Virus record (IMG/VR): IMGVR_UViG_3300035696_000009
Length of the DNA: 64,000 bases
Source of the DNA: an uncultured virus (IMG/VR IMGVR_UViG_3300035696_000009)
Taxonomy: Duplodnaviria; Heunggongvirae; Uroviricota; Caudoviricetes
Strand: one strand, 5' to 3'
Part shown: in pieces, positions 36,824-46,238 of the stretch
Layout of the letters: each line of letters opens with the position of its first letter
How positions within the stretch are numbered: the stretch's first letter is position 1
The notes under the pieces: model-generated
Told to the model about the DNA's origin: nothing
The model's database searches: none
The model's input: the letters and a program-made list of their open reading frames with translations, nothing else
Made by a program: the position numbers and the translations under genes

Positions 36824-39800
36824 ATGAGCTTCGAATCCATCCTCGCGCGATCGCCGTACGTCATCTACCAACCCGGCGGCACCGCGGGCGGCCTCGTCGT
36901 CACGACGTGGGCGCAGGTCCAGAAGTTCATCGCGGCGCGGCAGGGAACGGTGATCGTCTACGTCGACGACAGCATCACGTCGCCGGCGCTCGTCCCGGGC
37001 GCTAGCGGGATCACGGACTGCGAGGGACGCGTCGAGCTTCGGCCGTTCGCTTCCGACTCCATCAACTATACGGTCCTGCAAATCGAGGACGGCGCGACGC
37101 TCCGCAACCTCATGACAGTGAACGGCATGGAGCTGCGCTCGAACTGCCAGAGCGCGACGCCCTCGCTCGACTGGACGGCGACCGCGAACGGCCCGTTCCT
37201 CGAGTTCGAGAACGAGGCCATCCTCTCGAACGCGGCGACCGCAACGCAACCGGCCGTCGTCGTGCCCCTCGGCGGGACGTGGGGGTTCTTCGCGGCGACG
37301 GGATTCTTCATCGAACTCAACGCGCCCGCAGTGCCGCTCGTCAGCCTGCCGACCGCGACGTCCACGCTCAACATCAACGCGTACGCGAACAGCGACATCC
37401 CGAGCGGGTTCGTGTCGGGAGTAGGGATTCTGAACGTCGTCTACGACAACACGACGGCGAACGAGCTTCAGCAACCGTTCGTGTTCCCGGCGCAGCCGGC
37501 CTTCACCGGCACGACGCAGCTCTTCCCCTTCGGCTCGAACCCGCAGACCGTGGGCTCCATCATCTACCGGCCGGGCGCGCCGTCGTCGGGGGACTTCGTG
37601 GCGACGTGGCCCGAGGTGGCGGCCCTCATCAAGGCGTACAACGGTATCGCGGCGAACTCCGCCCAAGGGACGACCGGCAAATTCGTCCTCTACGTGGACG
37701 ACGGGACCGCGCCAGCCCACGTCCCCGCGTCGAGCGGCGTGACCGACGGGTTCGGGCGTCTCGAGATCCGGCCGTACCGGCCGGACGCGCAGAACTTCTC
37801 GCAGCTCCAGATCGACGCGGGCGCGACGCTCAAGGGCATCGCCAAGCTCTCCGGTACGATCGGGGTCATCGGCAACCCTACCACGGCGGTCCCGTCGATC
37901 GATTTCGACTACACCGCGAACGTCGTGGGAACGCCATTTCCCACGCTCATCATCGAAGACCAAGCGGTCCTTGGAACGGCCGCGACGGCGACGCAGCCGA
38001 TGTGTGTCGTGCCCGCGGGCAACCAGCTCGACGTGCTCATGAAAGACTTCGGTACGATCATCGCCGAGTCGACTTCGGCCGTGTTCCAGCTCGCCGCAGC
38101 GTCGTCGACCCTCGAAGTCTTCGCGCGGTCGGGCATCTTCGAGAGCGCGCTGGGCGGCATCCCGTCCACGTGGGTCCAGGGAACGGGCCGGTTCGAGATG
38201 AACTTCGACGCCTCGACCGCGCAATTCTCGAACGCCAACGCGTCCGGCGCCGTCCTCGCACCGGGCGTGGCCTTCACGAACGCCGGCACGGAGATCCTCT
38301 TCGCCGGTGACGGCTTCCCGGACAATTACCCAGGAACGAACGTGACGGTCCAGACCGTCTACGTCAATGCGAGCGGCGGCAGCGACGTCAACGGCAACGG
38401 CTCGCAGAACTTCCCGTTCGCTTCGATCCAGAAGGCCCTCGGCGCCATCACGGACGCGTCATCCGCGAAGAAGTACATCGTAGCCGTGGCCCCAGGCGAG
38501 TACGCGGGAGCGTTCAACGTCAAGCCATGGGTCGCCATCACCGGCATGCCGAACAGCTCCGGCTTCGAGGGCACGACCGAGATCACGGCGGCGGCCGGGG
38601 CGGTCGGCCTCGACCCGTCGTTCGCGACGAGCGGGTACTCGGTCTTCTGGATGAGCCACCTCGTCTTCTCGAACCAGCTCACGCTCAACTACTCGGCCCT
38701 CGCCAACCAACTGATCCAAGGCACCTTCTTCGACTGCAACTTTAACAGCGGCTTCCAGTTCATCGGAGCCGGCACGGGAGGCGTCGACAACTGGACGCTC
38801 GACGACTGCCTCGTCTACGGTGGCGGGCTCGCGCAGGGCGTGCAGTTCCTCTTCACGATCGGCGGCACGCAGTTCTTGGGCGGCACCGTCACGATCCAAG
38901 CGGCGCCGTCAGCCGGCGCGACGCAATCGACGACGTGGCTCGCGCAGAACACGGCCGTCGGCGCAGCCTTCTCGCCCACGAACGTGCACGTGCTCTGGGC
39001 CGCGCCGACGCCCGCAGTTCACCTCTCGGCGCTCGACTGGTGCAACTCGAACTGCGTCGGACAGATCAATCTCGACGGCGCGAGCGCGCAGGCGAAGATC
39101 GCGGGCCTGAGGCCCGCGAGCGTCATCCAGTCGAACGGCGCGTCGCCAGCGGTCGTGCAACCGCTCCTGATCGAGATGACGTTCCTCACGACAGCGACGA
39201 ACGTCCTCTCGTCGCTTCAGGCCGCCGGCACGATCCCGACGACGGGCACGATGAGGATGACGCTCGACGGCTGCGGCGGGGGCGGCGGCGGAGGAGGGGG
39301 CCAAGGCCTCGCGGCCGGCAACGGTGCTGGTGGCGGCGGTGGGGCGCTCTACCATAACCTCGGGTTCGATCACAACCTCGCGGACCGCCTCGACGTCGTC
39401 GTCGGTCCGGGCGGGACCGGCGGAACGGGCGGCACGCCCGCAACGCCGAACGGGACGATCGGCAACGACGGGGGGCCAACCTACGCGCTAGACTTCACGA
39501 CGAACACCGTGCTCGCTTCGCTCCACGCGGCGAGCGGCGGGTACTTTGACCAGGCCGCCGGCGGGCGCGGCGGCGCGAGCTACCCCGGGCAAGCTCTCTA
39601 CGCGGCGCCGAGCCCGAACCCTGCGCTCGTCCCGCAACACTCAGGAGGGCTGCCCTTCTCGAGCGGCTTCCCGGCATCAGGCGGTCAAGCCGCGGCGGGC
39701 GGAGGGGTGCCGGGTTTCCAGGGACAGTTCGGCCTCGTCTCGTTCGGCGTCACGGGCGGCGGCGTGATGTGGGCGGGCGGTGCAGGCGGCACCCCGGTCG

Positions 39801-40024
39801 CGGGCAACGGCGCGCCTGGAGGCGGCGGAGGCCCGGGCCCGTTCGGGACGGGCGGCGCGGGAGGCAACTCGACCGCGACGGACGGCGGGGCAGGCGCCAC
39901 GCCCGCGGCGAACACGGGCGCGGGCGGGGGTGGTGGAGCCGGCGCCAACACCGGCACGAACAACGGCGGCCCGGGCGGGAGCGGCGGGTCAGGCCTGGGC
40001 AAGCTCACGATCGTCGTCCAGTGA
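36824..40024 (+). CDS. 1066-aa spike-like protein (2 ILARSP domains, DUF1565-like beta-helix, Gly-rich tail)
   Basis: YVNASGGSDVNGNGSQNFPFASIQKAL..VAPGEY; Gly-rich C-terminus. Confidence 0.8.
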   Translation: MSFESILARSPYVIYQPGGTAGGLVVTTWAQVQKFIAARQGTVIVYVDDSITSPALVPGASGITDCEGRVELRPFASDSINYTVLQIEDGATLRNLMTVNGMELRSNCQSATPSLDWTATANGPFLEFENEAILSNAATATQPAVVVPLGGTWGFFAATGFFIELNAPAVPLVSLPTATSTLNINAYANSDIPSGFVSGVGILNVVYDNTTANELQQPFVFPAQPAFTGTTQLFPFGSNPQTVGSIIYRPGAPSSGDFVATWPEVAALIKAYNGIAANSAQGTTGKFVLYVDDGTAPAHVPASSGVTDGFGRLEIRPYRPDAQNFSQLQIDAGATLKGIAKLSGTIGVIGNPTTAVPSIDFDYTANVVGTPFPTLIIEDQAVLGTAATATQPMCVVPAGNQLDVLMKDFGTIIAESTSAVFQLAAASSTLEVFARSGIFESALGGIPSTWVQGTGRFEMNFDASTAQFSNANASGAVLAPGVAFTNAGTEILFAGDGFPDNYPGTNVTVQTVYVNASGGSDVNGNGSQNFPFASIQKALGAITDASSAKKYIVAVAPGEYAGAFNVKPWVAITGMPNSSGFEGTTEITAAAGAVGLDPSFATSGYSVFWMSHLVFSNQLTLNYSALANQLIQGTFFDCNFNSGFQFIGAGTGGVDNWTLDDCLVYGGGLAQGVQFLFTIGGTQFLGGTVTIQAAPSAGATQSTTWLAQNTAVGAAFSPTNVHVLWAAPTPAVHLSALDWCNSNCVGQINLDGASAQAKIAGLRPASVIQSNGASPAVVQPLLIEMTFLTTATNVLSSLQAAGTIPTTGTMRMTLDGCGGGGGGGGGQGLAAGNGAGGGGGALYHNLGFDHNLADRLDVVVGPGGTGGTGGTPATPNGTIGNDGGPTYALDFTTNTVLASLHAASGGYFDQAAGGRGGASYPGQALYAAPSPNPALVPQHSGGLPFSSGFPASGGQAAAGGGVPGFQGQFGLVSFGVTGGGVMWAGGAGGTPVAGNGAPGGGGGPGPFGTGGAGGNSTATDGGAGATPAANTGAGGGGGAGANTGTNNGGPGGSGGSGLGKLTIVVQ

Positions 40025-40046
40025 GCAGGAATACGGAGAACCAACG

Positions 40047-42506
40047 ATGAGCCACGATTCCATCCTCGCACGGTCACCGTCGATCATCTTCCAGGCCGGC
40101 GGCGTGGCGAGCGACCTCGTCGTCACGTCCTGGGCGCAGGTCCAGAAGTTCATCGCCGCGCGCGACAGCGCGGTCATCGTGTACGTCGACGACAGCATCG
40201 CGCCGTGCAACGTCCCGGCGTCGACCGGCGTGACGGACTGCCAGGGGCGCGTTGAGATCCGCCCGCGCAGGCAGGACGGCGCGAACTTCTCGACGCTCAC
40301 CATCGACCCGGGTGCGACGCTCAAGGGCCTCTACAAGCTCTCGGGGACGATCTTCCTCCAGTGCAACCCCACGGGCGCCGTCCCCTCGCTCGACTTCGAC
40401 TACTCGGTGGGGGCCTTCGGCGACAACGCCATCCCGATCCTCTTCGTCGAGGACAACGCCGCCATCGGCACCGCGACGACGGCGACCACGCCCGCCTGCG
40501 TCGTCCCCGCGGGCCAGCAGCTCAACATGTTCATGGAGAACTTCGCCGAGGTCTTCATTCAGTCCGCCTCGGCACTCTTCAGCCTCTCCGCCGGGGCCAT
40601 CATGATCGTCTCCGCGAGAGACAGTGTCTTCGAGACGGCGACCGGCGTGATCCCGCCCACCTGGGTCCAAGGACCGGGCCGGTTCGAACTCTCGTACGAC
40701 GCTGGGACTGCAGGCTACACGAATCAGGCCGCGGGAGGGCCCGTCCTCGCCCCCGGCGTCGCCTTCACGAACGCCGGATCGGAAATCCTCGGCGCGGTCG
40801 ACGGGTTCCCCGACAGGTTCAACACCGCGTTCTTCGCCATCCAGGACCTCTACGTCAACCAGAACGGCAGCGACACGGCAGGCAACGGCACCGAGGCGTG
40901 GCCGTTCGCGACGATCCAGAAGGCGCTCTCCTCGATCACGGACGCGTCATCCGCGAAGCGGTACATCGTCCACGTCGCCCCAGGCGAGTACCCGGGAGCC
41001 TTCAACGTCAAACCGTGGGTGGCGATCACCGGGGGAGCGAACACCTCCGAGTTCGAGGGCGTCGTCGAGATCACGGCGGCGGTGAACTCGATCGGCTTTG
41101 ATCCGTCATGGGCGACGTCGGGCTTCGCGACGTTCTGGATGAGCCACCTCGTCGTCGGGAACGCCCAGACGCTCAACTACTCGGCGAGCGCGAACCAGCA
41201 CGTCCAGGGGACGTTCTTCGACTGCGACCTCAACGGCGGCATCACCATCATGGGTGCCGGCACGGGTGGCAACGACGATTGGACGTTCGACAACTGCACC
41301 ATCTACGGCGGCTTGACCGCGCAGGGCGTGAACCTGTTGATCACGATCGGCGGCACACAGTTCTTCGGCGGCACGGTGACTGTGCAGGCCGCGCCGAGCG
41401 CCGCGGCGACGAATTCCACGACATGGATCGCGCAGAACACGGCCGTCGGCGCGAACACGAACCGAACGCTCGTGCACTTGCTCTGGGGGGCACCGACGCC
41501 CGCGGTCGTCGAGGCCGTGCTCGACTGGAACAACGTGAACTGCACGGGCACGATCACCCTCGACGGCGCGAGCACGAGCGCCACCATCGCGGGCCTCCGG
41601 CCTGCGGACGTCGTGCAGGCGAACGGCGCCTCGCCGGCCGTGGTCCAACCACTCTCGATCGAACTCGTGTTCAACACGCCCGGCACCACGCTGAACGTGC
41701 TCGGTGCGCTCCAGGCAGCCGGCACGATCCCGACGACGGGCACCATCCGGATCGACTGCGAGGGCTACGGCTCGACGGGTGGTGGCGGAGGCGGCGCGGC
41801 CGGCGGGGCCGCCCCGGGATCCGGGGGCGGCGGTTCAGGCGGCGCGCTCTACCAGTTCGGGAGCTTCGACTTCAACCTCTCGCACGCCCTGAGCATCACG
41901 GTCCCGGCGGGGGGCGCAGGAGGATCGGCCGGCGTCGCACCAGCCGGGGCAGGCGGCAACGGCGTCGACGGCTCGCCCGCGTTCGCGGAGGACACGACCG
42001 CAGGGATCATCGTAGGCACGTTCACGGGCTCGAGCGCCGGCGGAGGCACTGGCGCGACGGGCGCGAACCACGGCGGCGCGAACTACGGTCCCGGCGTGTT
42101 CATCCCGAAATTGACCGACATCGCAGCGCCCTATGGGTCTGGATTCCCAGCCGGTGGAGGCCTCGGGGGCCTTCAAGCCACAAGCGGCACCGCCGGCCAA
42201 GGATCGTATTTCCAATCAGGCCCAGCGCCGCTGCCGACGGGTCGCTTCGCGGGAGGCGTTGGCGGCGCGAGCGCGGCGGGCGAGGGTGGCGGTGGCGGCG
42301 GAGGCGGCGCAGGCCCGCTCGGCTTAGCGGGGGCCGGGGGCAACGCGAACCCCGCAGGTTCGCCAGGGAGCCCGGGCGGGAACGCGAACCCGAACTCGGG
42401 CGCGGGTGCCGGCGGAGGCGCGGGTGGCTCGGGCTTGACCGACAACGGTGGCGCGGGTGGCACCGGTGATGGCGGATACTTCAAGATGCGACTCGTCGTG
42501 CAGTGA
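40047..42506 (+). CDS. 819-aa paralog of 36824
   Basis: MSHDSILARSP; YVNQNGSD..PFATIQKAL; Gly-rich tail ending VVQ. Confidence 0.8.
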   Translation: MSHDSILARSPSIIFQAGGVASDLVVTSWAQVQKFIAARDSAVIVYVDDSIAPCNVPASTGVTDCQGRVEIRPRRQDGANFSTLTIDPGATLKGLYKLSGTIFLQCNPTGAVPSLDFDYSVGAFGDNAIPILFVEDNAAIGTATTATTPACVVPAGQQLNMFMENFAEVFIQSASALFSLSAGAIMIVSARDSVFETATGVIPPTWVQGPGRFELSYDAGTAGYTNQAAGGPVLAPGVAFTNAGSEILGAVDGFPDRFNTAFFAIQDLYVNQNGSDTAGNGTEAWPFATIQKALSSITDASSAKRYIVHVAPGEYPGAFNVKPWVAITGGANTSEFEGVVEITAAVNSIGFDPSWATSGFATFWMSHLVVGNAQTLNYSASANQHVQGTFFDCDLNGGITIMGAGTGGNDDWTFDNCTIYGGLTAQGVNLLITIGGTQFFGGTVTVQAAPSAAATNSTTWIAQNTAVGANTNRTLVHLLWGAPTPAVVEAVLDWNNVNCTGTITLDGASTSATIAGLRPADVVQANGASPAVVQPLSIELVFNTPGTTLNVLGALQAAGTIPTTGTIRIDCEGYGSTGGGGGGAAGGAAPGSGGGGSGGALYQFGSFDFNLSHALSITVPAGGAGGSAGVAPAGAGGNGVDGSPAFAEDTTAGIIVGTFTGSSAGGGTGATGANHGGANYGPGVFIPKLTDIAAPYGSGFPAGGGLGGLQATSGTAGQGSYFQSGPAPLPTGRFAGGVGGASAAGEGGGGGGGGAGPLGLAGAGGNANPAGSPGSPGGNANPNSGAGAGGGAGGSGLTDNGGAGGTGDGGYFKMRLVVQ

Positions 42507-42522
42507 CGAAGGAGGACGGAAG

Positions 42523-42786
42523 ATGGGAACAGCAAACATCTGCGGGGCAGTGCTCGGGAAGATGGTCATCGGCGGCACCGAGATGCCGATGGTGTGCGGC
42601 AAGCCGAAAGGCCACCCCGAGAAAGAAGGACACACGCCGGCGGCGCCGACCGCGAAGACCGGCGAACCCTCGACGGACACGCTCAAGAGGTTCGGCAGAG
42701 GGGCGCCGCGCCCGGCCCCGCAGCCCGCGCCCACCAAGCCGCAACAGATCCCCGGGCTGAGGGTGCGCAAGAAATTGGGCCGATGA
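42523..42786 (+). CDS. small basic protein
   Basis: GGAGG RBS; C...C...H...H. Confidence 0.6.
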   Translation: MGTANICGAVLGKMVIGGTEMPMVCGKPKGHPEKEGHTPAAPTAKTGEPSTDTLKRFGRGAPRPAPQPAPTKPQQIPGLRVRKKLGR

Positions 42787-42831
42787 CGCAGATCGCCCAG
42801 GCCCGTAGTAACTTGTGACGAGAGGACTCCC

Positions 42832-44520
42832 ATGACGATCTGGATCGGTCACGACGGCACGCTGAACGACGACGAGGGCGACGGACCGGCCGTCGGCTAC
42901 GATCCGGTCGAAGCGATCAACGAAGAAGTGACGGGACGCTTCGGCGGATACCCTGGAGCCTACCCCGGACACTTCCGCGGCTACCCGGGCCACTACGCCG
43001 GCGACTACTACGTCGGTGATTTCGGCAGCGACTTCGGCAGCGCCATGGGCTCGATCGGGAGCGCGCTCGGCAGCGCGTTCGGCGGGAGCGGTGGCGGCGG
43101 CGGAGGAGGCGGAGGAGGGGGAGGCGGCGGAGGCGGATTCGACTTCAGCTCGCTCGCAAGCTCGTTCGGCAGCGCGTTCGGCGGGGGGAGCGGTGGCGCC
43201 GCGCCGGGAGGCGGCGGGAGCAGCGATCTCGGCTCCACGCTCGGCAACATCTTCGGCCAGGTCGCGAAAGTCGCGGTCCCGGCGGCGACGCAGGCGATCT
43301 CGCAGGCAACGCAGCAGCACCCCGCGCAGCAGCAAGCCCCGGCAACGCAGCAGCAAGCCCCAGCGGCGCAGCAGCAAATCCCAGCGGCGCAGCCGCAAGC
43401 ACCAACCACGCAACCGCAGCCGCCCGCGAAGAAGCCGCCCGTGAAGCGCGTCAGCCACGCGACGCCCGACGTGACGCTCAACATCCTGCTTAGCCACCTC
43501 GCGAAGAAGTACGGGATGGCGGAGCCGGAGCACCCCGGCGGCAAGGCCGGCGTCGTCCAGAACATGATGGGCGGCCCGAAGACCACGACGTCGGGGAGCT
43601 TCGTCGGGGAGGACCTCGTCGACATCCTGAAGGAGGGCGCCGAGGACCTCGGAGCGTCGATCTTCGGCTCGCGCAGGCCGTCCTACGGTCGGAGGAGCGC
43701 GCCGAGGTTCGAGGCCCGCCCCTTCCAGCTCCCGCGCGTGCAGATCAACGTGCCGCAGATCAGCATTGGGCCGCGCCGCCAGGCGATCCCGTACGCGCAA
43801 TATGGTCAATACGGGCAATACGGCACTAGCTCATATGATCAACAAGCGGCGTACGACCAATATGGTCAATATGGGCAATATGCTGATCAAGGATACCAAA
43901 CTACGCAGCAGCCCCCGGTGACGTACCGCCCGCAGCCGATGCCGCAGCCGGTCACCTACCAACCGTACCCGATGCCGCAGCCGAGGCCGCCGGCCCAGAA
44001 GGCCGCGCCGAAGGCGACGCAGAGACCCGGGGGCGTGAAGGACTTCACGACGAAGATGATGGCGCCGAAGAAGAACGGGTTCGCCCAGGCGAGCTACGTC
44101 CAGCCCACGGGGGGCGGAGGCAGCGCGGACGTCAAGGACATCCAGCGCCTGCTCAACGCGTACTGGCACACGAAGGTCGTCGCGGAGGACGGCGTCATCG
44201 GGCCGGAGACGACGCGCTACCTCACGGAGTTCCAGCGCCAGCAGCAGCTCCCGACGAGCGGCAAGCCGGACGCGGCCACGCGCTGGCTCCTCGCGAGGAC
44301 CCCGCCGGCGTGGCCGCCGGGCGGCGAGGAGGCGCTCGCGGCGGTCGCCGAAGGCAAGAGGCCCGACGGGGGCATCTGGGCGAGCCTCTTCGGCCACGGC
44401 GACGACACTGGCGACGTCCGCGCTGGCATCCAGTCGACGTCGATGTACTGGCCCGAGAGCCACTACACCGACAGCTACGGCGCGTGGGTCCTGCCTTATC
44501 CCCAGTGGTGTTATTATTGA
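42832..44520 (+). CDS. low-complexity protein with peptidoglycan-binding domain
   Basis: Poly-Gly, QQAPA and QYGQY repeats; IQRLLN..EDGVIGPET..FQ..LPTSG. Confidence 0.85.
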   Translation: MTIWIGHDGTLNDDEGDGPAVGYDPVEAINEEVTGRFGGYPGAYPGHFRGYPGHYAGDYYVGDFGSDFGSAMGSIGSALGSAFGGSGGGGGGGGGGGGGGGGFDFSSLASSFGSAFGGGSGGAAPGGGGSSDLGSTLGNIFGQVAKVAVPAATQAISQATQQHPAQQQAPATQQQAPAAQQQIPAAQPQAPTTQPQPPAKKPPVKRVSHATPDVTLNILLSHLAKKYGMAEPEHPGGKAGVVQNMMGGPKTTTSGSFVGEDLVDILKEGAEDLGASIFGSRRPSYGRRSAPRFEARPFQLPRVQINVPQISIGPRRQAIPYAQYGQYGQYGTSSYDQQAAYDQYGQYGQYADQGYQTTQQPPVTYRPQPMPQPVTYQPYPMPQPRPPAQKAAPKATQRPGGVKDFTTKMMAPKKNGFAQASYVQPTGGGGSADVKDIQRLLNAYWHTKVVAEDGVIGPETTRYLTEFQRQQQLPTSGKPDAATRWLLARTPPAWPPGGEEALAAVAEGKRPDGGIWASLFGHGDDTGDVRAGIQSTSMYWPESHYTDSYGAWVLPYPQWCYY

Positions 44521-44633
44521 CGGCACCATAACGGCATATCAACGGCAATATGCGAGTTCGAACTCCACAATCCGGTCACGGCGCTGGCCGAAAAACCAGG
44601 CTATTTCGGCCCGGATCCCACCGAGCGGTCCAG

Positions 44634-44674
44634 GATTTCACGAAATTTGTTGCAAGTTTCGCGTGTGATAGATT
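44634..44674 (+). promoter_or_regulatory. extended -10 promoter with upstream GATTTC..GAAATTTG box
   Basis: TGTGA-TAGATT; same layout at 13626-13666. Confidence 0.45.
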
Positions 44675-44689
44675 CGTGGAGAACAGCAG

Positions 44690-45163
44690 ATGATCCTGTC
44701 CGACAACACCATCCGCGACTGGCACGAGCGCTTCCCGCGCATGTCCCATATCGTCGAGGGCGCAGGGGGCGAGAAGACGTTCGGGGCCGTCCTGCAGGCC
44801 ATCGAGGTCGTCGGCGTCGCCGGCACGATGAGCTACATGAACTCACGGCACGCCGCCGCCGGCCGCCGGGCCTACGAGGTCGCCGGAGTTCCCGCTGACC
44901 TGGCGCTCGGCTTGCTCTTCTCGGGGCTCGCGACCTTCACGGGGTACTTCGGCTCGCAAGCCAGCCACGTGAACAACATCGGCTCCGGGTTCCTCTGCGC
45001 CTACGCGTGCCGCATGGGCACGATGTGGGGCAGCGCCGCGCGCGACGCGAAGGACCAAGCGCTCGCCGGCGGCGTCGTCCGCGGCGCGTTCGCACCCCCG
45101 GCGTCGCCGTATGCAGCCCAGCCCCAGCAGCAGACCGCGGGAAGCTACCCGTGGGCCGCCTGA
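44690..45163 (+). CDS. membrane protein
   Basis: GGAG RBS; hydrophobic helices; ends YPWAA. Confidence 0.8.
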   Translation: MILSDNTIRDWHERFPRMSHIVEGAGGEKTFGAVLQAIEVVGVAGTMSYMNSRHAAAGRRAYEVAGVPADLALGLLFSGLATFTGYFGSQASHVNNIGSGFLCAYACRMGTMWGSAARDAKDQALAGGVVRGAFAPPASPYAAQPQQQTAGSYPWAA

Positions 45164-45247
45164 TCCCCGCCCGAACCACAACCCACCACCGGTGAAGATC
45201 CAAAGACGATAACGAAAGAGTCGAAAAACTAGAGAAGGCGCGAGTCG

Positions 45248-45257
45248 GAATAGGTGC
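45248..45257 (+). promoter_or_regulatory. GAATAGGTGC candidate late promoter element
   Basis: 76 nt upstream of the candidate capsid gene. Confidence 0.65.
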
Positions 45258-45333
45258 CGCTTCAAGCTTTCCAAAATTTCAGGCGCGGATCCATCGTGGT
45301 TCCGCGCCCTGAGAAGAAGGAAGCGCGGTCATC

Positions 45334-46008
45334 ATGTACGAATTCGCAAATCTGGATCGAGTCGGCTACGGCGCAGCGCCGGGCGGCTACGATCGCGTGG
45401 GCTTCGGCCCGCAGCTCGTGGGAGTGCAGTCGGGCCCCGCCATCGTCGGCGCAGGACCCGCGGGCGCAGGCCCGATGATGGGCCCCGGTCCCGGCGGCCC
45501 CATGGCAGGCCCGCCCCCCGGCCACCCGGCTCACCACCGCGGTCGCCACCCGTGGGCGCCCCCCGGCTTCCCCTGGTCGCCGATCGGCTACGGCCCGTAC
45601 GGCTACGCCGCGTCGACGCCGTACCCGTACAGCGGGTACCCGCACGTGGTCAACACGCCCCCGACGCAGGTCCGCGAGTTCGTCATCGGCTTCGGCCCGA
45701 CGGTCATCCTCGCGAACTCGACTGCGATCTTCCAGGCGCAGCCGCAGCTCATCTTCCGCGGATCGCGACTCATCGTCCCGAGCGCGCTCGCGAACAACTT
45801 CTCGATCAACGACATCCGCGTCGGCAAGGACTCGCAGGCCGTGTCTGCGAACCCGATCCCCGCGGCGGCGTTCAGCGAGTTGGCCGTCGGAGTCAACCTC
45901 GGCCTCGACACCGCGACCCCGGGCATCATCATCACGATCAGCGTCTCGAACACGACGGCTGCGCAGCAGACGTTCTCGGCGGCGCTCATCGGAACCTCGA
46001 TGCAGTGA
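45334..46008 (+). CDS. candidate single-jelly-roll major capsid protein with Gly/Pro-rich leader
   Basis: ~115-aa beta-rich C-terminal domain; own promoter element; downstream hairpin; fold inferred only. Confidence 0.5.
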   Translation: MYEFANLDRVGYGAAPGGYDRVGFGPQLVGVQSGPAIVGAGPAGAGPMMGPGPGGPMAGPPPGHPAHHRGRHPWAPPGFPWSPIGYGPYGYAASTPYPYSGYPHVVNTPPTQVREFVIGFGPTVILANSTAIFQAQPQLIFRGSRLIVPSALANNFSINDIRVGKDSQAVSANPIPAAAFSELAVGVNLGLDTATPGIIITISVSNTTAAQQTFSAALIGTSMQ

Positions 46009-46015
46009 AAGGGCG

Positions 46016-46046
46016 GGCGCATTCCTCGGATTCCGAGGAGTGCGCC
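46016..46046 (+). terminator. stem-loop after the candidate capsid gene
   Basis: GGCGCATTCCTCGG-ATT-CCGAGGAGTGCGCC; second 13-bp inverted repeat at 46140-46183. Confidence 0.55.
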
Positions 46047-46238
46047 ATTGCTCGCGCATCGAGCAAGGAATCCGGTTAGGCCGTTACACTCTTTCTGCCT
46101 ACCTAGCCCCGGCCAGGGGGTCCGGATATCTGGCCCGAACGCCCGCCTCCTCTCCCCCTCATCGCGGGATGAGGAGGCGGGCGTCCTCGGTTTTAGAGCT
46201 TTGATTTTCTTCCACGGTCCGAACGCAGCGAGGTCTCC

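Noticed and set aside
29650..42506. Tailed-phage tail operon
   Set aside because: No recognisable tube, sheath, baseplate or tape-measure gene; only fibre-like proteins
46190..46200. GTTTTAGAGCT, matching the start of the Cas9 CRISPR repeat
   Set aside because: Single 11-mer with no array, spacers or cas genes
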